From Elsinoe ampelina (taxonomy: Eukaryota), in the NCBI GenBank assembly GCA_010093995.1, contig ML992517.1, forward strand, positions 386,677-430,150: a stretch of 43,474 bases of DNA, given 5' to 3'. Below, piece after piece: positions 33,999 through 43,474 of the stretch. Below the pieces are notes generated by a model. The model was not told where the DNA came from and did not search any database. It saw nothing but the letters and a program-made list of their open reading frames with translations. Numbering within the stretch: position 1 is the first letter of the stretch; each line of letters starts with the position of its first letter. A program made the position numbers and the translations under genes.

Positions 33999-34426
33999 AT
34001 GGGAGGCCCAAATCTCGAGGTCTTCAAGGTAGGCAAGCATAGCACCACGCGGGAGAGTGATGGCTGATCAAGGTCAAGTTCGGCATGTACATCATGTTTC
34101 CTATTGGCATCATGTACTACTTCGGCACGAATCTCGACGAAAAGTTCAGCACACCCGACTTCTGGCCCAAGAAGGAAGAGACCCATCAGATACCTTACGA
34201 CAGGAAAGAGATTGAGGAAGAGCTGGAGAGGTTGAAAGCAAGACGGTTAGCGGCCAGAGCACGACGACTAGAGCTGGAGGGCAAGGATCCATCATCACCA
34301 TCCGAAGAAAGCGTTTCGAGACCATCCCCCATCCTGCAGTCGCTTTCTCACGGCGAACGGACGGAGACTTGGGGGAATGAGCAGGCACAAACATCGAAGG
34401 GAGGATGGTTTTCGTGGGGAAAGTGA
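33999..34426 (+). CDS. PET100: Cytochrome c oxidase assembly protein Pet100
   Basis: MGGPNLEVFK, intron 34029-34078, then FGMYIMFPIGIMYYFG..FWP..IP....EI.EELERL. Confidence 0.92.
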
Positions 34427-34509
34427 AGAAATCTCTAACGAGTCTATGATACACTGTACATTACATGATACCCCGCTCTTACCGAGCTACAAGAGTAGAA
34501 GGGCTTGTA

Positions 34510-35444
34510 CTATACATTGACCTTGCTCTGCAGGTCTTCCCATGCTTCGTCCTCGATCTTGCCGCGGGTAATGTTCATATACACGCCCTGGACAGTCGAG
34601 TCTTCGTTCTGGAGGTCTTCCACAAACTTGCAAAAGTTGCCCGCAATGTCCGCGTCGTCGACTTGCACTACCGTATCCTCATTTGGTGCCCAGACAACTT
34701 CAGATCGAGAGATCTCGAGTCCAAGAGCCTTGCTGATGGCCTCGCCGTCTGCTCTTGTCTCATTGGGCTCTGACAGCACTACCACACGTCCATCGGCATC
34801 CTCCTCGACATCCAGAACTCCCGCTTCCAGAGCTGTCTCCAGCACATGATCTGCATCCATGCCCTCTTTCTCCTCAAAGGTAGTCTTGCCAATCTTCTTG
34901 AACAAGTAGCTCGAAGGCGAAGCCGCGCCGCCATGTCGTTTGATCACGAGTCGTAGATTCTGTAATGTTCGTGCCCGGCTGTCCGTCTCGCAATCGATGA
35001 CCACTCCCACGTTTCCAGGCATGATGGCCTCGATCGTCAACGCTTCCAGCGCAGCTCCGGTCGCTGATTTACCCTGTCCTCGTGCGATCGCAGCTTCAAT
35101 GGACTGCTTTGCGAATCCATTCTTCTTTGCCTTGACTATAAGATCTGCCAATCGGGGGTTGGCGTTCGGGTCGGGGCCAAAGACTATCGGGGGTAAGAGT
35201 AGTGCATCTCGGGAGACTGAAGGTGCTTACACTTCGAAGCTGTGGCAATCTCGTGTGCGAACTGACTCCTCTGCTTGTTCTTGGATGCATCATTCTTGGC
35301 CTTGTCGTGCTTGATAGTGGACCATCTGCTATGTCCTGAGAATGTGATGGCGCTATGGTGGAAGCCTCGTGGCCGCAGTGCAACCGAATTGCACTGCACC
35401 CTTGACCTGCATGGTGCAAGTAAATGCAACACAGATCGGGTCAT
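34510..35444 (-). CDS. TACO1: Mitochondrial YebC/TACO1 (DUF28) family protein
   Basis: Arg/Ser-rich presequence-like N-terminus, SGHSRWSTIKHDKAKND, intron 35230-35184, GPDPNANPRL..AK......IEAAI.RG, CETDS.ART, YLFKK.G, VYMN. Confidence 0.92.
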
Positions 35445-35596
35445 GAAAGTATTCTTGGTAGTCTGAAGCAAGCGCTGGCAGGTGTGGAAGATCTCCAGCT
35501 TCAAAAAATCTGGCTTACATAATCCAACAGCAACAACGTTGTTGATAGCTGGATCCCACCAAGGCGACATTGCCTCTCCAGCTACAAAGGGCCGCA

Positions 35597-38014
35597 ATGG
35601 CCAATTCAGCGCCAGACCCAAAGGAATTCAGGAACTGGCAAGATGCCTTTGACTATCCGATCCCTGTTGTTCGAAAGCTCGAGCAGCAGCTTCGGACAAA
35701 TATCAGCGACAACAGAGAGAAGGTCAGGTCCTTGGTGGGATCCAGCTATCGCGATCTCCTGGGAACGGCGGACCGGATCATTGACATGAACACTGAGATG
35801 CAACAACTTGAGGACACCTTCTCCGAAATTGGTCAGAAATGCAACTCAAGATCGATTAATCGACTCGCCACGAATCATGCCAGACTCATGGGTAATCAGA
35901 GGGACGAGCAGACCACGAAGAGACGCCCAGCTGCAGAGGCCACCCTTTCATCAGCATGTCTATCAGCCTGTCAAAGAAACCTGAAGTCAGATGGCAATCC
36001 ACTACTGGCGGCAAGGCTTCTCCTTCTTGCTCGTCTGCTACAGAACAGCGCATCTAAAACGGCTCAAGGAGCTCGGATGATAGGTGACCAAAGATTAAAG
36101 ATCAACGGTCTCAGAACAAAGCTTCTGGTCCACATTGATCGTCAAGTCGGAAAGCTGGAAATCTCGAGAGCTCAAATGCTGGACCTCCTTCTGGCGTATG
36201 CTTTGATCACCAGCAGCTCCCTGTCTGATGTATTTCGCCACATTCTCCATATCCGACAGGAATGCCTGACAGAGCTCTGCGATCAGAAGAAGCGCAAATC
36301 CATGATCAGAGCAATTGATCTGCTCTTCGTAACACTCGAGCAAGTCAAAAGTGTCTTTCCAAAGCGCCTAGCAGAGACAATCGAGCGGACCACTGGACCA
36401 CAACTTCTTTCCGATTCTGATCTACGATCTGTGCTAGATCTAGACCTCGACATCTCCGAGCGATGGGTTTCCAAGGACATTCGGAACTACGTGCCCTGGC
36501 TCCGCAACAACGATCTGAAATCTGATGTGCTAAGTAATAGTCTAGATGAATGGTCGAAGACAGCCGCCAGCACAATCAACGCAGGCTTTGACAGCTTACT
36601 GCAAAATCTCACAAAACCTTCGCGTATCACAAAGCTTCGAGAAGCTGCCGTCCGGCATCTTCTGGAATCGGACACGAGAGCATCTGGTATGGACAAGGAA
36701 CCATTATTGATGGCGACCAGAACGCTCTTCGTCAATCGACTATCATCAATCATCACTTCTCGTTCATCTTCAATCACGCAGGTTGTGTCTGTCGTGGTCT
36801 CCGATGAGGGTGGCAAGCAGCACAAGGTCGACGCTCTTTGGGATTCCGGGCTAGCCTCACTGGACCTCCGTAACGGCGCGGCATCATTACGGCAACAAGT
36901 CATCTTGCGCAGTCAGGGACATGACTCCACCTTGAGCAAGTTCTCCGAGGACATCTCAACTTGGTTGGTAGGGCTTGACGAGTTGCGTAAAACAATCAAG
37001 GAGATGCAATCTCTGCGATGGGCCGATAGTCTAGACCTTGACACGGATTTGGACGATAATGGTGGGAGATATGACGATTTGTTTTCGAAAGCAGATCCCG
37101 ACGAGCTTAAGAAGCATCTCTCGTCCGAGATAGATGTCGCACTCCACAATTGCCTGGATATCGTGAAAGACGCAGCTCAACTCGTCAGCGCTGGTAGTCA
37201 GTCAGAAGCCAATGGCAAGGCAGGCTTCACCGCAAGATCGTTGTATCTGATACGACTTCTGAGAATCCTTTCACCGCACCTTTCGTCCGAAGAGCTTGTC
37301 CTTTTGGCCGACCAGATTGCAAGTACGCTTCACACCGCCATTGCAAAGGACGTCGTCCAGAACATTACAGATCACCAGTCCGCTAAGCACAATCTCGCCG
37401 ATCTGTTCGGCGGTGATACACCGATCATCTTGTGGAGCGGAACACCGCCCTTGCCGTCACAGCCTGGTAGCAGGAGCTTCAGGTTACTTCGAGATCTCAG
37501 CAAGGCAATGACCAATGTTGGAAGTGATGTCTGGGTTAAAAGTGCTGTCGTGGCCGTGAAAATACAGATGATGGAAGTTATTGCTGGAAAGATTGAGCAC
37601 TTGCTCTCGGAGTCGGCAAACGGCGAGACAGCTGAATCGAATCATGCCATCAAAGAAAGTGAAGAAGGATCTGGCGACAACAAGGCCGGAGACGCTGACG
37701 AAAAAGGCATCGTCAACGGCAATCTACGTGATAGTTTTACGCCACCCGGGGACAAGGATGTCAACGGGGAGGCTTCAGTGCAGTCACAGACTTCTCTAAA
37801 GCAGAAGCTTCAGCAGGCTCTCTTTGATGCCATATACCTCGGCGAGGTGCTTGATGTGCCGGAAGCGCACATGCAGGAGCGAGTGTCTCAGGCCATAGAC
37901 CGCTTGAAATCCAAAGCCGAAGTCGACGAGTCTGCGATGGACAGGTTGAGCAAGAGTGCCCAGACATACCACAAGCGGACTTATCTGCTCTTTGGCATTC
38001 TTGCGAACAACTAG
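35597..38014 (+). CDS. COG1: Conserved oligomeric Golgi complex subunit 1 (Vps51/Vps67-type N-terminus)
   Basis: N-terminal VRKLEQQLR..VRSLVGSSYRDLLGTADRI, LW.G.PPLPSQP, QALFDAIYL and C-terminal KRTYLLFGIL. Confidence 0.88.
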   Translation: MANSAPDPKEFRNWQDAFDYPIPVVRKLEQQLRTNISDNREKVRSLVGSSYRDLLGTADRIIDMNTEMQQLEDTFSEIGQKCNSRSINRLATNHARLMGNQRDEQTTKRRPAAEATLSSACLSACQRNLKSDGNPLLAARLLLLARLLQNSASKTAQGARMIGDQRLKINGLRTKLLVHIDRQVGKLEISRAQMLDLLLAYALITSSSLSDVFRHILHIRQECLTELCDQKKRKSMIRAIDLLFVTLEQVKSVFPKRLAETIERTTGPQLLSDSDLRSVLDLDLDISERWVSKDIRNYVPWLRNNDLKSDVLSNSLDEWSKTAASTINAGFDSLLQNLTKPSRITKLREAAVRHLLESDTRASGMDKEPLLMATRTLFVNRLSSIITSRSSSITQVVSVVVSDEGGKQHKVDALWDSGLASLDLRNGAASLRQQVILRSQGHDSTLSKFSEDISTWLVGLDELRKTIKEMQSLRWADSLDLDTDLDDNGGRYDDLFSKADPDELKKHLSSEIDVALHNCLDIVKDAAQLVSAGSQSEANGKAGFTARSLYLIRLLRILSPHLSSEELVLLADQIASTLHTAIAKDVVQNITDHQSAKHNLADLFGGDTPIILWSGTPPLPSQPGSRSFRLLRDLSKAMTNVGSDVWVKSAVVAVKIQMMEVIAGKIEHLLSESANGETAESNHAIKESEEGSGDNKAGDADEKGIVNGNLRDSFTPPGDKDVNGEASVQSQTSLKQKLQQALFDAIYLGEVLDVPEAHMQERVSQAIDRLKSKAEVDESAMDRLSKSAQTYHKRTYLLFGILANN

Positions 38015-38141
38015 ACGATAGCCTCACGGCGACAGACAGGACTGATCACGAATGGATCGGAACGACCGAGACCCCTCAATTGAACCGCTGTCTATGCTAA
38101 TGCCACACTACTATCCAGCCCAAACATTCCTTCTGGCCTCA

Positions 38142-39245
38142 CTACGACTTCCAGATACTTTGCACAACCTCCGGGCTACCCATGGGGCTCATGCCCTCGT
38201 CCAATTCTACAGCAGCAACATAAACCCCATTCCTCTTCCTCTCCCTGCCCACCGCATCCGACCAAGCCTTGATCTCCCCTTTCTTCGCCTCCCTCGCTCC
38301 CTTCACCTCCACCTCCCTCGCCCTACCATCTCTCCTGGCCTCTCTAGCCTGATCCCTTCCTCGTCTCGTTACAGGCCGACTCTCCAACACCTCCACTTTC
38401 CCATGCTCGGCCTGATCAAACACATCCCTCTCCCTCGGGGCAAACCACCCTTCCACCACCTTTTCGCAAACACTCAGACACCCCGCCACCAGCCCCAACC
38501 CAATCTCCACCGCAGCAACCAATCCCAGCATGACACCCCTCCCCATCCCATCCCCTCCTGCCACGGGCAAACCAACAACCACAACCCTGACCATACTCGC
38601 CCCCACGGCCACCGCCCCCAACCCCACTGGCACGACCGCAAACAACTTCACCCTCCCCTCCACCTCCACCTGCACCAAATCCGAAATCGCAACCAACAAC
38701 CCCGCCACGCCCACGACGGCATTCAGCCCAGACCACACCATGTCCGCATACCCGGACAATCTCCCGGCATCACACGTCGCGGTCAACGACACCGCCAGCG
38801 TCGCACCGCACGGGAAAAGCGTGAGTCCCAGGAAGACGACCGTGGCGACCGCGTGGAGCGCGAGGAGGGAATTGATCACGGGTTTGATCAAGGCGTGGGC
38901 CGCTTTGGGGAGAGGGGACAAGAGGGCGATTTTCCCTGTTGAGGAGGAGAGGGCGTAGGAGACGACGGACCAGCGGAGGAGGGAGGTGGTTTGGGTTGTT
39001 GTTAGGACGGGGGAGTTGATGGCTAGGTAGGAGCGGAGGGTGGAGGCGAGGAGGAGGAGGAGGGAGGTCGAGATGGTGAAGAGGGTGAGGGTTAGGAGGT
39101 GGGTGATTTCTCGCCGGAAAGGGCGGGTGGCGCGGAGGCGGAGGTAGAGGCGGTGGAGGGTGAGGAGGAGGACGAGGGTGAGGAGGGTGATGAGGAGGGG
39201 TGGGAGGAGGGGGAGGGTGAGGAGGAGAGATTGGAGGGATGACAT
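38142..39245 (-). CDS. Multi-pass integral membrane protein, possibly a divergent PTH11-like (CFEM-less) receptor-type protein
   Basis: ATG at 39245; about 7 hydrophobic segments; RLYLR after TM1, KIALL, S..RVV and VEIGLGLVAGCL resemble the PTH11-like/fungal rhodopsin-domain pattern; charged C-terminal tail. Confidence 0.7.
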   Translation of the reverse strand: MSSLQSLLLTLPLLPPLLITLLTLVLLLTLHRLYLRLRATRPFRREITHLLTLTLFTISTSLLLLLASTLRSYLAINSPVLTTTQTTSLLRWSVVSYALSSSTGKIALLSPLPKAAHALIKPVINSLLALHAVATVVFLGLTLFPCGATLAVSLTATCDAGRLSGYADMVWSGLNAVVGVAGLLVAISDLVQVEVEGRVKLFAVVPVGLGAVAVGASMVRVVVVGLPVAGGDGMGRGVMLGLVAAVEIGLGLVAGCLSVCEKVVEGWFAPRERDVFDQAEHGKVEVLESRPVTRRGRDQAREARRDGRAREVEVKGAREAKKGEIKAWSDAVGRERKRNGVYVAAVELDEGMSPMGSPEVVQSIWKS

Positions 39246-41987
39246 GGTGGATTGTTGTTGTGGGGAATGATGGGACGCTGATGATGGATGGTAGAGGGAG
39301 AGGGGAGGGGTACTTATGTTGATGCTGTCGTGGGCAGTGGTATAGAGCGAGCTCGAGATGCTGGGGACGGTTGTGGTCTGGTCCTGGTTTGTCTTACCTG
39401 TTCGGCTGTCGAGAAGTGGATGGCGCACGGTGGCGTAGTTCGTGGTCCAGTTACATGGTAATGTGATCTATATACGTTTTCGACGTTGGATGTCAAGGCT
39501 GCGCAAGGAGCTCTTTTAAGGCCCCGTTGGAGGAGTGGCTGTTGTGGATGGGTGTTCTCGAAGGTCCGGAACATGGAGGTGGGTTTCCACTGAGAAGGAA
39601 TATGCCGATTACTGGAGAAGCGTTTGGTGAACGACGAATTGACTGCCGCACGATGTGTGATGGAAAACGGTTGGTCCAGGCCTGCACGTGGTGGCCACCT
39701 TGACGAGAATGCATTTGGAGGCGTCGACTAGCATTGATCGTGCATGTCGACGGCGCATGCGAGATGATATCAAGACAACATCTCCTATGATATTTTGAGC
39801 ATGCCCTACACTTGGGGTTGATGGCTCTGGTCGAAGAATCATACCGACCAAGATGTGAGGTTGTGAGGGCAGAGATGGACGTTGACCAAAGTGGTCTAGA
39901 TTCCGTCTAGATTCCTGCTCTCCACACTTTCGGCCCGCCAGCGGGGACAGTAGATTTTGGTTTTGCATCGTCAAAAGCTTCCACGTCCTTTTTTCCCTGG
40001 CCAGCAAGCTCCGTCTTCAGCCGGTGATACATTATACTACTTGAGATTCGTGCTTGGACGCGTGACCACTGATCCAACGTTGCATCTCTTCACAGCCTCG
40101 ATTCCCGAGCATTTGCAAATGTCTCTGCCGTCTTTTGTCGCATACACGCATCCGAGCAAGGGTAGATTTATCCGAACAGCCAACAAAGCAGTCAAGACTG
40201 GGCAACAATTTGCCCTGGAAGATGTGCCCTGTCGAACTTGGCATGCAAATTACGGTGGACCTGTCCTACAGCATGGATAATTTACTGCACGTCTACGCGT
40301 AGATGTGGTAGGCTCAAGTAAAAGGCCGCGGCGCCGAAATGGCCCACGTGTGGAGTACGTAATTAGGGCAGCAGATTAGCCCTGCAGAAGAAATGCGTGA
40401 TGAGATGGAAGAGGCTGCACTTCTCCATGATCAAGCATGACAGCCGGTAGTGGTATTGCCAATCAGGAACAGCCGGATAGTCCTTGAGCCACAGTGTTTC
40501 AAGACTCCTCACCTTCTCTCGGGGACAACCTCCGTGATGAGAAGTGTGCCGCGTGCCGTGTGGTATTTGCACCACTGATTTTATCCATCTTGTCGCCCAG
40601 GTTGCACGGCCTCTTGGACGAGACTCTCATGAGGAGATCTATCGTTTGATCCAGTTCGCTTGCATCGTCCCGTTGAGGATGCGGCATGATCGACATGGCC
40701 CTGGCAGCCACGATGCAGGTATCCATTTATTGAGCCGCCTTGTCAAGCGGTGTTCCAGCATCGCAGACGACGGATGCAAGGTGCTTGACTCCTACACGCT
40801 GCAGAGTCTGTGTGACCGAGGCAACCTGGACATCGCTGCTCAAAGCTTGGAGTCTTCTGACGAATAACCCTTCAGGCATTGAATCGTGGCCGCCTCATCA
40901 AGCTCATGTCTGAAGCACGACAGACGGATGGTGACGGTCCGGGGTGGCTTGACCAGGGTAGTCTTGGTAGTGTCTGTGCCGGTGGATCGGTGCTGCCAAT
41001 ATGTTTGATGCTGTCAGAATTTGCATGCTGCAGCCAACCTGCAAGCCATCACGTCGACGGCGGCAGGGTGGGAGCAGAATCCTGGGACATCTGAAATTGC
41101 GAGCTAGTGAATCCGGGGATTAATCCAGTATGGTGATGTGGACCACATGATCAATCAAGTGCAAGTCACAAACCATACCGCATGGCTGATGGGTATCGCA
41201 GAGGTGGCAAGTCGAACATCAGTCATCACCTGTCTGGCCATCATGCATGCCCTTGCCCTCACCGGAATGACAGACATCCCCAACCAAGCCCATGCTGATC
41301 AGACACAAGCACCGGGCTGAAAAACCAAACACCAAAGATCGACAGGGAATGTGCCACCGTCGAGCATTCGACCAAGCCTAGTCGTTTCATCCTTCCAAGG
41401 TTAGCGTGCACGCCCTTCCCCAAACTTCACCTCTTCCATCTTCTCTCCGTTTCACAGTAAACGTGACACGAAAGGTGGGTCGTACTTCCACCGGCTATTC
41501 TCCATACCCCGTCGCATGGAGGCTCGACAAAGCAATCTGCGACACGTTCTGTAGGTCCATCTCCTTAGCAAGCTTACCAACCGCGGGCTACCCACATTTC
41601 CTTCCCTGTCATTGCTCCATCTTGGCAATCAAACACGCCGTCCTGCAGCACCATTGCAATCTCTGAGGCGGTCCAGAGTGGGTTGCAGGCCGTCGACACT
41701 CATCCCAAACACCCAGGCACCAGATCGCCCCGCCAGCCTGTTATGGCCATGACAAGACTCTGCGATCATGTCCGTGATCGAAATGGGCATACAAAAGAGA
41801 CGTCCTCCTTTCTGCCTGTTCTCCTTTTTCCATCCATCACATTCGATCCTGTCAGGAAACAGTCGTTCATTCACTCTTCAACCCGACATAAATTCCGTTG
41901 ATCGGACAGTCGTTCTTTATACATTCACTTCGACAAGCCCCTGGTTTCACAAAAGGACTCAATCCAGCTCCAACAAACTCACTCAAT

Positions 41988-42770
41988 ATGCACTCTTCCA
42001 TCACCGCTGCTGCCCTCGTGGCCCTCGTTCCCCTCGCCGCCGCTCACGGTTTCGTCAACAACGTCAACGCCGGTGGCAAGGACTATCCCCAGATTGGCCC
42101 CAACCACGCCTACAACGCCGCCAACAAGGAGGCAGGATGGCGCGCCGGTAACCAGGACAATGGATTCGTCGCTTCCGACGCCTCCACCCTCGCCGGTCCC
42201 CAGATCGCTTGCCACAAGGGATACAACCGCGCTGCTGCTCAGCCAGGTCTCGGTGAGGCCATCCCAGTCACCGCCGGTTCCTCCGTCACCTTGACCTGGA
42301 ACACCTGGCCCGTCTCCCACCACGGCCCGGTCATCAACTACCTCGCCAAGTGCCCCGGCAAGTGCAACGCTCTCACCGACGCCACCTCCCTCCGTTTCTT
42401 CAAGATCAACGCCGACGGTCTCATCACCCCAGGTAACGAGAACGGCTGGGCCTCGGACAAGCTCATGGCCAACGGCATGAAGGGTGTTGCCAACATCCCC
42501 AGCAACCTCGCTGCCGGCGAGTACGTCCTCCGCCACGAGATCCTCGCTCTCCACTCGGCTGGCACCGCTGGTGGTGCCCAGTTCTACCCTCAGTGCGTCT
42601 CTATCAACGTCTCCGGCGGTGGCTCCTCCGCCCCATCCGGAACCCTCGGCAGCGCTCTCTACAAGGCCACCGACCCAGGCGTCACCATCAACATCTACCA
42701 GAAGCTCACCAGCTACACCATCCCCGGCCCGTCCGCCGTGACCCGCCGTGTCAAGCAGTTCTTCGCATAG
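41988..42770 (+). CDS. AA9 (GH61) lytic polysaccharide monooxygenase, secreted, no CBM
   Basis: Signal peptide ending AAA|H (His1 of the brace), IACHK, WPVSHHGPVINYLAKC, FFKI, G.YVLRHEILALH, AQFYPQC, PGP; strong C-ending codon bias. Confidence 0.97.
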   Translation: MHSSITAAALVALVPLAAAHGFVNNVNAGGKDYPQIGPNHAYNAANKEAGWRAGNQDNGFVASDASTLAGPQIACHKGYNRAAAQPGLGEAIPVTAGSSVTLTWNTWPVSHHGPVINYLAKCPGKCNALTDATSLRFFKINADGLITPGNENGWASDKLMANGMKGVANIPSNLAAGEYVLRHEILALHSAGTAGGAQFYPQCVSINVSGGGSSAPSGTLGSALYKATDPGVTINIYQKLTSYTIPGPSAVTRRVKQFFA

Positions 42771-43109
42771 ATGGTCGACAAATGATGCATATGACGATGG
42801 GAAAATACAATGGAAGCATGTCAAGATACCTGAGCATCACACGGTGTGGATGGGATGGGAAATTGAGTTGGAGGACTGGTGCCTTTTCACGCTTGTGACT
42901 TCTTTTCTTCGACCGGATCGAGATGGAGCCTACTCACCTTCTTGTATCTATACTTGTCATAGTGTTGATCAATCAGAAGGTGGTTGACAAAATATTGTGC
43001 CTTGTCTGATGATTGTTCTGAGTGAAGTGATATGCCCTGATATCAGCCCTAGTTTTGAGGTATCCTGTGTTATAACTGGCAAATCGGATCGAGAGACGTG
43101 TGTTTCATT

Positions 43110-43474
43110 TAGAGAGTTACAATAACCGATTTATCTACTGTATGTGCGCTGACTTATTAGTACTAGTTCTTTAGTACTAGAGAAGCTATACTAGCCTTCT
43201 ATTATAACACTCCCTCTCTAGTATAGATTATTAAAGCTAGAGAACTATCCTATTATATGTAAGTAAAGTAATTAGCTTATTACTTTATCTCTTTATAATT
43301 GCTTATAATTGTTAGTATTAGCTAATTATTAGTAAGAATTTACTATTAGTTTAGCTTATAATTGCTAGTAATAATAGTAACTATTAATAATAGCTAGGCA
43401 GCTATTATTTATATAAATAGACTAGCTTATAAGTCTTAATTAAAGAGATATAAGTATCTAACTAGCCTCTTTAT
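43110..43474. mobile_element. AT-rich, TpA-enriched sequence; probable RIP-mutated repeat/transposon relic continuing beyond the window
   Basis: Abrupt drop in GC content, abundant TA/CTAG/TAG and scarce CA/TG, no ORFs; TTAGTACTAG direct repeat near 43157/43171. Element class not identifiable. Confidence 0.7.

Noticed and set aside
38052..38942. 296-aa plus-strand ORF
   Set aside because: Antisense to the membrane-protein gene; low-complexity Pro/His product explained by the C-rich strand.
41979..42824. 281-aa ORF antisense to the LPMO
   Set aside because: In-register antisense frame kept open by the codon bias of the sense gene.

Overview
Gene-dense, intron-containing genomic DNA of a filamentous ascomycete (Pezizomycotina; short 46-60 nt GT-AG introns with CTRAY branch sites). 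Conserved genes in order: 5' end of an SDR-like gene, MED6, ABZ1/pabA, SEC22, ELP5/IKI1, SNRNP27-like, glucosidase I (CWH41), LAA1/HEATR5, ECI1, PET100, TACO1/YebC, COG1 and an AA9 LPMO. Accessory parts: (i) a three-gene cluster of an NCS1 nucleobase permease, a divergently transcribed IPNS-like 2OG-Fe(II) dioxygenase and a Zn2Cys6 regulator; (ii) a NACHT-type pseudogene with two TGG->TAG stops; (iii) two orphan-like spliced genes, one resembling a stand-alone ASXH/DEUBAD domain; (iv) a diverged ~270 bp non-coding duplication (5.8-6.7 kb) whose hairpins, TATA, A-box-like motif and T6 run all point to a structured minus-strand RNA; (v) an array of CTGGTAGT-N15-ACTACCAG inverted repeats at 12.5-13.0 kb; (vi) an AT/TpA-rich, RIP-like end. 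All calls come from reading the sequence and recognising motifs; no searches were run.
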